Positions 1-13,409 of a DNA stretch of 64,000 nt are shown here, piece by piece. Both the position numbers and the translations under genes were made by a program. The notes under the pieces are model-generated. The model did no database searches, was not told the origin of the DNA, and saw nothing but the letters and a program-made list of their open reading frames with translations. The DNA is from Eledone cirrhosa (Eukaryota). The stretch is from positions 346,952,001 to 347,016,000 of the forward strand of contig OZ024743.1 in NCBI GenBank assembly GCA_964016885.1, given 5' to 3'. Position 1 is the stretch's first letter; the number at the start of each line of letters is the position of its first letter.

Positions 1-240
1 TGGATGAATAATAGCCGTCCATATCGAATTGTTGAAAGCAAGTCACTTCCCTCGCTTTTAGTTTAATATAACATTCGATCGGTGATTTTCCAAAGTGGGA
101 GTTTCAAATACTTCTTCACTTGTAGTATAATCCTGTCCAAAGATTACTTGGCTAATTCTTCCGATGCCGAATGTTGACGGGTTGAGTAGTCTTATAGAAG
201 GATTGCTAAGGGAAACTATTTTATGGTCCTTGAAGCTAAA
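1..240 (-). pseudogene. Degenerate Penelope-like (Naiad-type) RT fragment
   Basis: Minus strand translates, with frameshifts, as FSFKDHK..SNPSIRLLNPS..GIGRIS..LDRIILQVKKYLKLPLWK..QQFDMDGYYSS. This is collinear with LKDHK..NPSIRLICPS..LDRVIPQ..LPLWEN..LQFDIDNYYSS in the 5026-7488 ORF. Confidence 0.8.
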
Positions 241-392
241 CTACCGAGACAAGTAACATATCATGGCATAACCACTATCAATTTGTCAATATATCGATTT
301 ATCATGATCAATCAACCCCCTGAAAGGATTGCAAACCAATAAACACATTGACCTTTGCCTGTGGTTTTACTTTATCTTTATTGTTGAAAGCA

Positions 393-423
<31 letters not shown>

Positions 424-427
<4 letters not shown>

Positions 428-596
428 AGAGTCAGGAGCCCGACGACAGAGCTCCGGTTTTTCGACAGCTAGATCCGATTTAGCTGTTGAAATGGACGGA
501 TCTCAGCCGTCGAGGTCCTGACCCTTTTCCTATTACCCACTCTACTAACCTAAGTATCGAGTACTCTGGTGCGTTATGGTCCACCTGGTATCTTAT
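424..596 (-). mobile_element. Short hairpin-plus-tail repeat element in (TA)n, copy 1
   Basis: Imperfect inverted arms (gaaaagagtcagga..cgacagctag / tagctgttgaaa..tcctgacccttttcc) plus a tail shared with copies at 9524, 17953, 19338, 24735 and 51809; flanked by TA repeats. Confidence 0.65.
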
Positions 597-639
597 ATAT
601 ATATATATATATATATATGTATTCTTCTTTCTTTTTCTC

Positions 640-912
640 TTAAGCCAGAAGGCTCATTTGACCGGTGCTTATCCCGGTTTCATGGCGTGAAGTGACTGAG
701 AGTACAAGACAGCCCCTTGTACAGGACGCCAGTCCATTGCAGGGTTAAACCTCCAGCTATTGTTAGTACTCATTTTCAGCTGAGTAAACTGGAGCAACGT
801 GAAATAAAGTGTCTTGCTCAAGGAAACAACACATCACCCGGTCTGAGAATTGAACTCACAACCTTTCAATTGCAAGCCTAATGCTCTAACCACTAAGCCA
901 TGCGCCTTCACA
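640..912 (-). mobile_element. tRNA-derived SINE (family 1)
   Basis: Minus strand has A box TGGCTTAGTGG and B box GAGTTCAATTC, followed by a SINE-like body (ccttgagcaagacactt; gagtactaacaatagctgg). Confidence 0.8.
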
Positions 913-943
913 TATATATATATGTGAGTGTGTGATTATATAT

Positions 944-974
<31 letters not shown>

Positions 975-1033
975 AAATATTAAACAAATAATGAATAAAC
1001 AATGAAACAGTTCCTTATATTAAACAAAAAAAG

Positions 1034-1187
1034 TTCACTATTTAACGATCGTTTCTAGGATATATATGTGTTAGAATTGGCATGCATATTCAACAGATCT
1101 ATGTACAAAATTATACAAAATTATACAAACTATCAAGATTAAATATACATACCAACACATATATACGCCGTCTTCAGAAATAATGAA
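1034..1187 (-). ncRNA. Type I hammerhead ribozyme motif with long stem II (probable 3' pLTR of the Naiad PLE)
   Basis: Minus strand: stem I TTCATTATTT, CTGAAGA, stem II containing TATATATGTGTT/AACACATATATA, GAAAC GATC GTT, stem I' AAATAGTGAA. The stem III region ACGATCGT is palindromic; the base of stem II is imperfect. Confidence 0.7.
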
Positions 1188-1779
1188 ATATATTTATTGA
1201 TAATAACAACAATTCAAACTTTCAGGTCCGTTTGGGAACAAAATTGACCAATGAAAATACAAAAGGTTTAATGCAGTTCGGTGTGTGTATATACATGTAA
1301 CTACCCTTACACATATTTTACAAAAATGTATGCACAACTTGTATACACATATAAAAAGGATGGATGCAAATACAAAATTTCAAGGTTAATGTCTCTGTAA
1401 GTTTATAATGCACAGATAAGATGCGTATAGACACATAAATATGAAATAAGTGTATACACATATTTTCATACTAACACATATCCGTACAATCACACATACA
1501 CGCGCGTATATGCATAAACATACACATAAACTACGAACATACAAACACACACACACCCCCACTCACATATATATATGTGGATATAAAATCTTAAGCACAT
1601 GGATATTAATTCACTCACATAAACACTGGCACACACATTTAGATCAAGATACAGAAATTATGTGGGAGGAGGGGGAGAGGTCAGTATTCAACTGTTTGGG
1701 CAGACTGCTTAATATAGATGTATCTATAGACTAAGAAAATAAAAAATAATAAATAATAAATAAACATTAAAAAGGAAAG

Positions 1780-1817
1780 AAAAGAAAAAAGAAAAAAGAA
1801 AAAAGAAATATATCAAG

Positions 1818-1901
<84 letters not shown>

Positions 1902-2375
1902 CACACACACACACATATATATACATACACATATACAAACACATACATATACACACATCCACACTTAGAACATACATACACACACATATATAAACATATA
2001 CATATACACACATACATACATATACACACATACATATAAATACACATATATATATACACATATATATATATATATATATATACATACACTCATACATACA
2101 CATATAATCACACATACTATATAGACACACATATATATACACACACATACACTCACATATACATACACTTACATACATATATACATACAGATATACACAT
2201 ACATACCTATATATACACACAAATATATACAGACATATATACATACATACAGACAAATACTTACGCATCTATATATCGGTATATACATACAAACACCACT
2301 ACACTCTCACACAACTCAGACATACAAAGAAAAAGGTATATACCTATACACATATACATATACAAATAGAGAAAC

Positions 2376-2470
<95 letters not shown>

Positions 2471-2670
2471 CACACATACACACATACACATACATACACA
2501 TACATACATGTACACACACATAGATATATATACACACATACACACATACACACATACATATATAGTCATACACACACATACACCTACACGAACATACACA
2601 TACACATATATAAAGATATATAAACACACACACACACACATACACACACACACATATATATAAAAAATAA

Positions 2671-2721
<51 letters not shown>

Positions 2722-3052
2722 CATATACATACACACATACATAGACATATATGTACATACATACACATACATATATACATACACACACATATACATACAT
2801 ATATATATACACACACATAGACATATACATACATACACACACAACATACATACACACATATATACTCATACATAGAATTAGATATATAATCATACATACA
2901 TACGCACTTACATATACTCATATATACAAATACATACGCATCCATATATGCGTATATACATAGAAACATCACTACACCCTCACCCAACTCAGACATACAA
3001 AGAAAAATGCATATACATATACATATATACACGCATTAATAGAGATATATAT

Positions 3053-3092
<40 letters not shown>

Positions 3093-3309
3093 ACTTATAT
3101 ACATATATCCACACACACATACAACCATAAATACACATACAAACACCCACATATACATATATATACACATATATATATATATACACACACATAAAAAACA
3201 GACATGCACATATATATATTTTTTTACACATATATATACACACATATATACACATACACACCCTCACATATACACACATACACATAAGTTATATTATAAT
3301 AATAAGTAA

Positions 3310-3391
<82 letters not shown>

Positions 3392-3666
3392 AATATAGAC
3401 ATATATACACACATAGATACATATATATATATATATACACATACATATACACACACACACATATACACATTCACATATATATGTGTGTGCATACACACAT
3501 ATATATACATACACACATATAGACATAAACACATATATGTGTATACATGCACACATCCACATATATCCACATAGATACGAAGATAGACATATAAATAGAG
3601 AGACATACATATATATACACACACACATATACATACATACATACACACATATATATATATATATAC

Positions 3667-3709
<43 letters not shown>

Positions 3710-3900
3710 CAGACATACACTTACACACATATATACACATGTATATATACACATATACACATACATACACACATATATATATACACACACAATCTTACAT
3801 TCATATTTGCATGCGCATATATGTATTTTTATATTCAGATATAAATACCCAAACATATATACACCTACCTACATATATATTCATACATACACGCTTACAA
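1780..3900. repeat. Compound (TA)n/(CA)n/(TACA)n microsatellite field
   Basis: Directly visible dinucleotide and tetranucleotide runs; source of the spurious YI/CV/HT ORFs. Confidence 0.95.
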
Positions 3901-4099
3901 ACACAGATGATAATAGTATGGGGGAAAGGGGGGGTTTGAGAAGGGGATTATAGTAAATATATGTTTCAAGAAACATAGAATATTATCCGTATCTAGATCC
4001 AATGTATGTTTTTACATAGTTTCAGTGTTAGGAAAAACAATAAACAAGAAATAAGGCAAAATTTATGCATTTCAAAATAAATAAGTATACCATTAATTA

Positions 4100-5045
4100 T
4101 ATGTTAACTAAACTAAAGATAGTTAACATATTGATTTCTAAGGTGTAAATTAGTTAGGTTTATAATATTTGAAGCAGAATTTTGAAGTTAAATAGTAGTA
4201 GAGTATTAATTATAGTATAACTAAATTAAAGTTAATAACGTTATGGTATCAATATTAGGAAATGAATTTAGTAATAGGGAAAAAACAAATAAAGTATTAC
4301 ATCGGTAGTAGAATATAAATTATAGGTTAACTAAATTAAAAATTATATATTTATTTCTATAGTATATGTTAATTAGGTATATAATAAATAAAACAGATAT
4401 TGTATTTTATCAATAGCAGAATATAATTATAAGCAAATAGAAATCAAAATTAATACATATACATATACATATACATACACATATATATATACATATATAT
4501 ACATATATATATACATATATACACATATACACACGCACACACATACACATACACATATACATATACATATTTTTTCAAAAATTGCAAAGAATATATTAAC
4601 TAGGTATATATCCAAAACACATCCCATTCTATGATTACATGACATTCTGCAATTCGTCTGTATAAGGATACTAATTTTAAGCCAATTAAATTAAATTTTT
4701 AGGTTGATTAAAATTAAAACCAAATTATAAATATATTTCTAAAATGTATATTAATTAGGTCTATAATACTAAAAATTATTTCTCTGTCATTGGATACACG
4801 ATATTTTGTTATATTTTATCTGTAAAAGAATTATAATAAAAGGTTTAAATAAATTAAAATTAATCTATAAATTAAATTACTAAGTATATATTAGTAATAT
4901 TTAAAGGTTTTTCACAATTTATGATTACATAATATTTTATATTCTCATCTGTAATAGAATTTTAATTAAATTAAATTTATAGGTTAACTAACATTTAAAT
5001 TAAATTAATTTCTAAAATAATGTTATTAATTAGGTTTATAATATT
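4100..5045 (-). repeat. Degenerate AT-rich tandem duplications of the PLE ORF end and proximal 3' UTR
   Basis: The motif ttaattaggt(t/c/a)tataata (ORF end YYKPN*) recurs at 4150, 4369, 4751 and 5026. The blocks atgattacat..ttaaatt..aggtt at 4632 and 4921 also align. Confidence 0.6.
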
Positions 5046-7467
5046 TAAATGTTTTTTTTAGTTTATGATTACACGATATAATTAATTCCTGTCGTTTATT
5101 TAATAGGATATCCTTAGATTTCATTATTTCAAATAGTTCTTGGGAACATAATCTACATTCATTTCTATTATTTTGATAAGGGGTGGCTCTTTTGAGCACA
5201 TTCCAGGTCAAATCATATTCTATATTCTTATTTTTATAACTATTGATTTTTTCTGCTAGAGATGTTGTATTAGCCAGTGCGGCATTTTTAAAACTATTCT
5301 TGTGGGTATTAAACCTTGTCTTAAAATTGTTAGAGGTAGCTCCTATATATGAGCAAATAGAATCTTTAGTTTTAAAATTACATTTATAGACTATGTTGTT
5401 AACAAGACAATTCCCTTTTAATGGGCAGTTTGCTTTGTTTCTACAGTTACAACCTTTCGTTAATTCTGTATTTGAGGAGATATTATGGTTAATTTGATGT
5501 ACTGGTGGTATACTTATGGTTTTCTTACATTGATATGCATTATAGGCACTTATATTTTGTTTTATGTTATTTGTTGTAGAGTATGAGAATTTAACTGTAG
5601 ACCTATTTAAGATTTGATGGTATTTGTGGTTTGGCGGGAAGTTTTTCTCTAGGATATAAAAAAATTTTTTAGCAATATTATCCTTAATTTGTAAATTAAA
5701 TGGAGCATTATACCAAGTAACCCGTCTATTAAGGTTTCTATGTTGTTTATTATTTTTATTATTTTTATAGGTTGTATCGTGATTTTTACTAGGAGGATTA
5801 ATGTTAATGATCTCACCACAACCATTTTTAGTTATATTTGTAGATTTAGGTGTTTTATCCTTTTTATTAGGAGTTTTATTATTAATATTTATTAGAGTTG
5901 TATGATAAGTAGTTTTTTGAGAGTTACTATACTTTATATTAGAAGATTTGGTATTTTGGGGTATAGTGTGGGTGGCATTTAGGTGTGTACTTTTCATTTG
6001 GTGTTTGTTGGTAATATTAGGTTGTATGCTTTCAGTATTTTTAGTAGAAGGTATATATTCTAATCTATTTTTGTGGCCACTTCTATCTAGAGCTTCGTTA
6101 TAGAAGGTCGCATTTTTATCAAATACATCTTGGTTAGAAGAGAGGTTAGAAATTCTAAGTGATATATTATATGCAAGGTTTTTAAGGATAGATTTAGGGT
6201 GATTAGATTGTGAGTGTATGTAATGTAAGTTTTGGTTTGGTTTATGGTAAGGTTGGTAGATACCCGTAGCTAAATCTAAAGTTATATCTAGGAAATTTAC
6301 TACTTTACTTGTTTTTTCAAAAGTAATATTAAGATTATAATAGTCTTTAAGGAAAGTTCTAATATGTTTTTTGTTTTTTTCAATTTCTGAAAGGCTAAGG
6401 TTGTTAGAAAGAAGAAGACAGTCATCACGATATAAACCACCTTTGAGGTGGGGAAAGGAGGCATTTATGTTGAAAAGGAGAAAGAGGCCCACAAGATCAG
6501 TAATTTGGGCGGAATCGCTTGAACCCATAGTAATATCAAATAGATTACTATATGTGTTTCTGGTCCAGTATTCATTCTGAAATTCAATAAGTGTTAGTCT
6601 AGCATGTGTAATAATATTAATGTCATCCAAAGTTAAGTTAGATCTATTTTTAGCAAATATCAATGCTTTGTTCAGGAGTATAGGTGATATAGAAGAATAG
6701 TAATTATCTATATCAAATTGTAGAAATGAAGCAGAAGATTTACATCTAATATTTTTAAACCAGTTAATTACCTGGGAGGTGTTTTCCCAGAGTGGTAAAA
6801 TAACGTGTTTTCTTATTTGTGGGATGACTCTATCCAAAATTTTTTTGCTAATTATTCCAATATCTGATTTGGAGGGACATATAAGTCTAATAGAAGGATT
6901 TGAGTTAAAGTTTGATTTATGATCCTTCAGGTTGAAGTGTGGTCTTTTCAATGCCAAAGGTTCAGTTCTATCTTCAATGTTTAGTTTTTTTACTATGTTG
7001 TGTGTTTTGTTGTTGATGTTGGTGAGTGACGCATTATTAGATTTTTTATAATTTTTTCTGAGTTCTTTATATATGAACTCATTATAATGTTCAATATCCA
7101 TATGATACAAGTTACCAGTTTTGTCCGAGTGGACATGGATTTTTTTAGACTTTTTTAGGTCCAATAGGGTAGAATCAAGGTCCTTTTGAAAGACGGATTT
7201 ATACTTTTTAAATTTGAGGTGTTTAATTAAATTAAAAAGGTCTTTCTCGAAGTCTTCAAGTAAAAAGTTGTGTGGTGGATTCTTGTAAGTATTGAAATCA
7301 TACATATATTTCCGATCTGCTTGTTTAGATTTTCTATCGAAGTGGTAGGCTCTCCATCTAACCCTTCTGATAAAATTATTAGTTTTTTGAATCATAAGGA
7401 GTAAGAAGTCATCCTTAGAAGGTATTGGTATGTTTTTTAAAGAGGTTCCTAAATATTGTTTTTCCAT
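5026..7467 (-). CDS. Intact Penelope-like element ORF: reverse transcriptase + GIY-YIG endonuclease (Naiad-type)
   Basis: Uninterrupted ORF (track 5026-7488; first ATG at 7467). RT motifs FDIDNYYSSI, MGSSDSA, GLYRDD, VNFLDITL. Linker CNCRNKANCPLKGNC (CxCx5C). Endonuclease IVYKC..SYIGAT..FKTRF..H, CRLC, LLNKRQE..CNH. Confidence 0.93.
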   Translation of the reverse strand: MEKQYLGTSLKNIPIPSKDDFLLLMIQKTNNFIRRVRWRAYHFDRKSKQADRKYMYDFNTYKNPPHNFLLEDFEKDLFNLIKHLKFKKYKSVFQKDLDSTLLDLKKSKKIHVHSDKTGNLYHMDIEHYNEFIYKELRKNYKKSNNASLTNINNKTHNIVKKLNIEDRTEPLALKRPHFNLKDHKSNFNSNPSIRLICPSKSDIGIISKKILDRVIPQIRKHVILPLWENTSQVINWFKNIRCKSSASFLQFDIDNYYSSISPILLNKALIFAKNRSNLTLDDINIITHARLTLIEFQNEYWTRNTYSNLFDITMGSSDSAQITDLVGLFLLFNINASFPHLKGGLYRDDCLLLSNNLSLSEIEKNKKHIRTFLKDYYNLNITFEKTSKVVNFLDITLDLATGIYQPYHKPNQNLHYIHSQSNHPKSILKNLAYNISLRISNLSSNQDVFDKNATFYNEALDRSGHKNRLEYIPSTKNTESIQPNITNKHQMKSTHLNATHTIPQNTKSSNIKYSNSQKTTYHTTLININNKTPNKKDKTPKSTNITKNGCGEIININPPSKNHDTTYKNNKNNKQHRNLNRRVTWYNAPFNLQIKDNIAKKFFYILEKNFPPNHKYHQILNRSTVKFSYSTTNNIKQNISAYNAYQCKKTISIPPVHQINHNISSNTELTKGCNCRNKANCPLKGNCLVNNIVYKCNFKTKDSICSYIGATSNNFKTRFNTHKNSFKNAALANTTSLAEKINSYKNKNIEYDLTWNVLKRATPYQNNRNECRLCSQELFEIMKSKDILLNKRQELIISCNHKLKKTFKYYKPN

Positions 7468-7644
7468 TGTGATATGGATGATGGACAATTGAAAGAGCTC
7501 AACTAAATGTATATGGGTTTATAAAATCATACATATATATGTATATACATAAATATAAAATTAATACACACATACAGTACAAAAATACGAATATTTCCGT
7601 GAAAATAGGAGCAAAATTATGTAGAAACTCTTGGTAGATTTATC

Positions 7645-7812
<168 letters not shown>

Positions 7813-7831
7813 CATATATATATACATATAT

Positions 7832-7926
7832 ATGTATATATATAATCACACACACATGTATATATATGTGAAGGCGCATGGCTTAGTGGTTAGAGCATTA
7901 GGCTTGCAATTGAAAGGTTGTGAGTT

Positions 7927-7929
<3 letters not shown>
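7832..7929 (+). repeat. Inverted duplicate of 850-950 (SINE head plus flank)
   Basis: 7867-7929 is the exact reverse complement of 850-912. Similarity extends into the adjacent atgtatatatataatcacacac flank. Confidence 0.85.
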
Positions 7930-7966
<37 letters not shown>

Positions 7967-8118
7967 GCTGTGGCATGTTTAGTATATTCAACGGAATCTT
8001 ATGCGATGAAAGCATTCTACAAAAACTATAGCGCTCACCGTATGATCTCTTTGGAGTACGCTGTTCAAAATTCCATGCATTTCTAACACAGTTACTGGCT
8101 AGATACATCTAGATATAG

Positions 8119-8153
<35 letters not shown>

Positions 8154-8164
8154 TATATGTATAC

Positions 8165-8198
<34 letters not shown>

Positions 8199-8708
8199 GT
8201 ATATGTGTGTGTATGTGAGTGCGCGTGTGTGTGCATACATATTTGTGAATGTTTATATATATATATACCTCTATGTATACGTATGTATGGGCGTGTGAAT
8301 GTTTATACATATATACGTGTTGTTACACTTTAATACTTATTCAAATGCCATCGTAAAACTTCGGCGACTTTGTGTGAAGTTTACCATTAAAAATGGCGAA
8401 TTGCCATTGCTTGTTTTGGTTCGAATTTTGGCACAAAAGGGACAGTGCAGCTGTAAAGGGGATACGCTGTCCAGTTTATGATATATAAGTTTCTGCAAGT
8501 CGATATTTCTATATTTGTTAATTTCTTTCAAGATGCCATATAGTATGTATTTGCATTTGTATGTGTAGGACGTGTCTGTAGTAGCCTGTGTTTCTCGAAA
8601 CCTAGTGTTTATTAATAGGCATTTTCATATAATTTTGTTTTACATTCTGTTTTTGTCCTCTATTTCATAAGGAATAATACATATATATATATATACATAG
8701 ATACATAA

Positions 8709-8753
<45 letters not shown>

Positions 8754-8773
8754 AATGTATATTTATATATATG

Positions 8774-8834
<61 letters not shown>

Positions 8835-9105
8835 GCATACATACATATACATATATGAATAAATAAATACATACCTACATACATATAGACAGACATCTAC
8901 ATATATTTACGTTCTCTTTACTAAAATGATTTGGCATTCTAAAGTCGATGAATTTTACTCTGGATGACCCGCTCCCTCTATCTATCTATTACCCCTCTTT
9001 TTTCTATCCATTTTATCTATATATTTCTGCAAACATCTATTTATTTATCTATCTACCAATCTCTCTCTCACTCTCTCTCTCTCTCGCTTTCTCTCTGTCT
9101 CTCTC

Positions 9106-9149
<44 letters not shown>

Positions 9150-9178
9150 TTCTCTCTCCATTTATCGATCTATTTATA

Positions 9179-9217
<39 letters not shown>

Positions 9218-9281
9218 TACAAATAATCGGGAGCCGATGGTTAAGCTCTTATCTTTTCAACAGCTACTCCCAGACTGATCC

Positions 9282-9336
<55 letters not shown>

Positions 9337-9339
<3 letters not shown>

Positions 9340-9521
9340 CTGTTTCTACTTTAGGCACAAGGCCAGCAATTACCCAGTGCATTACTGGTACTTTATTTTA
9401 TCGACCCCGTAAGGATGAAAGGCAAAGTCAACCTCGGCGGGATTTGAACTCAGATCGTAAAGGGACGTAACTATGCTGAAAGCATGGCGTCCGACCCTCT
9501 ACCGATACTGCCAATCCACCA
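9337..9521 (-). mobile_element. tRNA-derived SINE (family 2, Nin-domain-like core)
   Basis: Minus strand has A box TGGCAGTATCGG, B box GAGTTCAAATCC and core GCCTTTCATCCTTACGGGGTCGATAAAATAAAGTACC; several copies in the window. Confidence 0.85.
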
Positions 9522-9523
9522 TA

Positions 9524-9653
9524 TAACGGAGGAAATGTGGTAAGGAACCAGGTGGACCATAACGCACCAAAGTACTCAATACTTAGGGTAGTAGAGTGGG
9601 TAATAGGAACGAGTAGGACCCCGACGGCTGAGCTCAAGCCGTTTCGACGGCTA
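9524..9653 (+). mobile_element. Hairpin-plus-tail element, partial copy (tail + left arm)
   Basis: aacggaggaaatgtggtaaggaaccaggtggaccataacgc..gaccccgacggctgagctcaagccgtttcgacggcta matches copies at 19338 and 24735. Confidence 0.7.
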
Positions 9654-10240
9654 ATATATATATACATACATAAAGCGAAAAACATTTTGAATTAAGACAT
9701 GTTTTTCCCTATAGGCCCAAACTAGCCGTCTGCTAGAATCCGCCTTTCTAAAACTCCGAGTAGCGATAGAAGATATCAGTTATATATCTATCTGTTATTT
9801 TTTTTCCTCTCAGCTATCTTTCCATTTCTTCATTTCTTCATCGATATCCCTCTTTTGATATAGGTTTCTGCATTTAGTTAATCAGAAATATACATTATAT
9901 TCCCAACAGTGTCCATCTGACTGCACTGACGCTGAAGTACATTCCCAGCTAAGATTAGCAGACACACGCTCTCTATCTCTTTCTATCTCTCTCGCTTTCT
10001 CTCACACATACACATACTAACATGAAAAGCCACTTATATATTCATGCTTCAACATACTCAAACATATTTACAGAGCTATTCCCTATATATCCACTCTCAC
10101 TCACCCACAATGGGATAGAAACATATATACATACACACATCTATACACAGATACATGCGTACAAATATACATGTATACATAGATATATCCATACATAAAT
10201 ATAAAATAATATATGTGTGCCTCTATATATATATAAAGAT

Positions 10241-10299
<59 letters not shown>

Positions 10300-11779
10300 T
10301 CGGGAGAGTAAAAAAGTGAGAGTGTGAGAGAGAGGGGGGGGATGTAGGCAGATAGATAGATATGTAAATGCAAACAAACGTACATGCAAGCATATGTTAC
10401 GTACATATATAAATATATACATACACAATATATTCATACTCAAGAAGACAATATACATATATACATTTACATACATACTCGCATATATAAATGCATAAAC
10501 ACAGACAGATATCTGTATACATATGTACATGTATTGTTATATGCCTATCAAGTGTCCTCTAACTCACAAAACTACTGATACATAAAAATACAATATCTCT
10601 TGTCCTTGGGCTAGAAAACTACAAGCCTTTATAACCACGGGGATAAAATTTGTTTCCGAGATACTGCAAACGCCTTAATGAATAATGGCTGCAGACAAAC
10701 AAAATGTCCGCCAGATAAAATCTTGGACGTAGACCACATGATCTGTGATGAAGCTATCTCACTCAGCACTGAGGTCTTATTGATGTGAGAGAGAGTAGTC
10801 TCTTGTGAACTGTTTGGAACATTTGCAAGTCTGTTAACTCAGGCGTGTAGACTTATTCTTCATAATTTTGTTTTGTGAATCTTAAAGACAATGAAAATGG
10901 ATGTATGTTATGTATCACCTCAGGTAATAAATCGATTTTAGTTCAGGCTAGTTATGTTATTATGCTGTAGGGAAGCCTTGTTAATGTATTGTTTTGAATG
11001 TTGAATTCATATATGATATGCGTGTGTGTGTCTATATGTCTGCATATCTATTTTCTTGTGTTGCATAGTGGATGTGAATGTTATTTCTGGTAAGAGAAAT
11101 TTTAGAGTTAGGTGCTTTGGCAGTTTTAATATCCATTCAAAAATATTCTTGTCAAAATAATAACAGATAGTTTTAATCTTACCTTAAAGTTATCTACAGA
11201 ATATCATAATTGTCCCCACCCCTCCCCCACCACCATCCACTAAAAAAAAAATATTAGTGGATTCTAAATATATTTTTTTTTTTAATAAATAAATGGAATG
11301 CTCCATAATGGAAGTTTGTTTCCTGTAGATTGGTTTAACGTTTTGTTAGTGTTAACATCTCGGGTAATATACCTACTACAGATACTTTTGAGATCTGAAA
11401 TAAGGATAGAATTTAATCTCACATAATAGACATCATCGCCACTGCGGCCAGCACAATGCTCAGTAATAGTTGTCCGTATTCTTATGTACTGAGCCATATA
11501 TTAAATCTCAGTTAATTAAATTTCTAAATAGGCATTCGCCTAGAATAAAAACTATCTGATGCTTGGCAAACACAAGGAGGAATATAGATACAGACCCCGC
11601 CCTATATATATATATATATAGTAATAATAATAAATTTGAAGACTAAAATCCAAAGAGGGCTCGATAAGGATATATATATATCAAATATATAAGAACCGTA
11701 GAGCAAATATTTATTTATTTTAATAAATATATATATATATACAAAAATAATTTGATGGATTGACAATAATATCAAACAT

Positions 11780-13345
11780 TTAGACCCGACCACCTTCCTT
11801 GCGTGAGAAGTATAGCCTATCAACATCACCATTGATGTTAAAGTTCCCAGTAACACTGAGAAGTTTGCGAGTTCTAACATCCATCTCACTTAGTTCTTGC
11901 AATGACCAGTTCAGCAGGACAAATGGCGTTAGAATTGGCACAGCATAAGTATTGTGGGCAATGTATTTGTTGTACGCTGACAGTTCTGATGACCATATAT
12001 TCTTTACTCTTCTGAGGTATTCAGTTCTGGTTCTCTCCTTATTTATGGATCCATCATATCTGACATTCACATCCTGTCCAAGATATCTGTAGTTGTCACC
12101 TGACTGTAGAGGTTGTATTGTCAGGCCGTTCACTTCTAGATTTTTAGAGGAGGGCACAGCTCTTCCACGTTTTACTGCCAAATATGCACACTTGGACTCA
12201 CCAAATTTCATTTTGATGTCGGTTGAAAATTGTGTAATGAGGTCCAATTGTTTCTTGATGTCATTGATATTTGGCCCATACAACTTCCGGTCATCAACAA
12301 AGAAAAGATGGGAGATACTTCTGGACCCACTTCCTTGTCCACCTTGTTTCCTGAGTAGGTAAGATAGTGGATACAGTGAGAGAACGAAGAGTAGCACTGA
12401 CAAGCTATCACCCTGAAAGATGCCCTTCTGGTAATGTATCTTATCAGTCTTAACTTGCTCCTTCTCACCTCTAAGGATCAAATTGGTGTACCAGTTCTTG
12501 GTCAGGCGTTCAACAGCAGCTACCAATGGTTGTGGGACTTTGGCTAACTGTAAAGCCTTAATAATGCACCCATGAGGTACACTATCAAATGCTTTTTGAT
12601 AGTCCAGCCATAGCCATGTTTCTGCGATTCTTTGTTGTTTTTTCCTGAATCATTTTATTAGTTAGTAGGTGATCTATGCAACCCCGCACCTCCCTCTTTC
12701 CACCAGCCTGCTCAGGTGTTATGATGTTGTTGGTAGCACAGTGATCCTGTAAGTACAGGTTAAGGTACCCAGTATATAATTTATGATGTTTTGGCAGGCT
12801 ATTGGGCGGTAATTTTTAGCAAGGGTGGTTTGGCTATTTGGGGGAATGAGGAGAGTAGTGGCAGTTGATAACCATCTGGGCAGTTCTTGTGTGCCTTTAC
12901 TGGTTTCTGTAAACAGCCGTATGAGATCTTGCCGATAGAAAGTGAAATTCTTCAACCAGTATCCTGTAATGAGGTCTGGGCCTGGCGATTTCCTATTCGA
13001 CATTTTCTGTAGAGCTGTTTCCAGTATTGACCCATCTATGTCATATTGTTTTGTCTGGACATGTTGGCAGTAGTCCTGTTCCAGTTCTTTTAGCCAATTA
13101 GTTTGTCTGTTGAATCCGTCATCCTTTTCCCATACAGATCTCCAGTAGCTGTCAACCTGTTCTTTTGAAGGGGTGTCATTTACAGGGATTGAGCTTTTGC
13201 CAGCGAAGCTGCGATAAACTGATTCAGGATCTCTGGCAAACAATCTATTTAGCACTTGTCGTTTATGTGCTGTTGACTTATATTTTAGTCTTTCTGTTGT
13301 AGCTGTGAGTTGTTGTTTCAACTGGTGTAATTTGGAGTTCAAAGT
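11780..13345 (-). pseudogene. Degenerate R4/Dong-like non-LTR retrotransposon RT region
   Basis: Frameshifted ORFs 12719-13342 (KSPGPDLITGYWLK, KNYRPIAC) and 11780-12526 (GIFQGDSLS, ISHLFFVDDRKLY, YRYLG, DRLYFSRKEGGR). No endonuclease domain remains. Confidence 0.8.
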
Positions 13346-13409
13346 TTGAAATTTTGTATCTCCAAATCGTCTCTCTAACTTTTTTTGTATGTATGTATGT
13401 ATGTATGTA

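Noticed and set aside
840-912. tRNA gene
   Set aside because: A and B boxes are present, but there is no convincing cloverleaf and it continues into a SINE body.
1450-3953. Many 60-240 aa ORFs rich in YI/CV/HT/LS, here and at 16.7, 26.5, 47.3, 50.7, 52.5 and 63 kb
   Set aside because: They are translations of stop-free microsatellites, not genes.
10590-10830. Possible GIY-YIG C-terminal remnant with an eroded HHR
   Set aside because: Too degenerate; the core and stems cannot be assigned.
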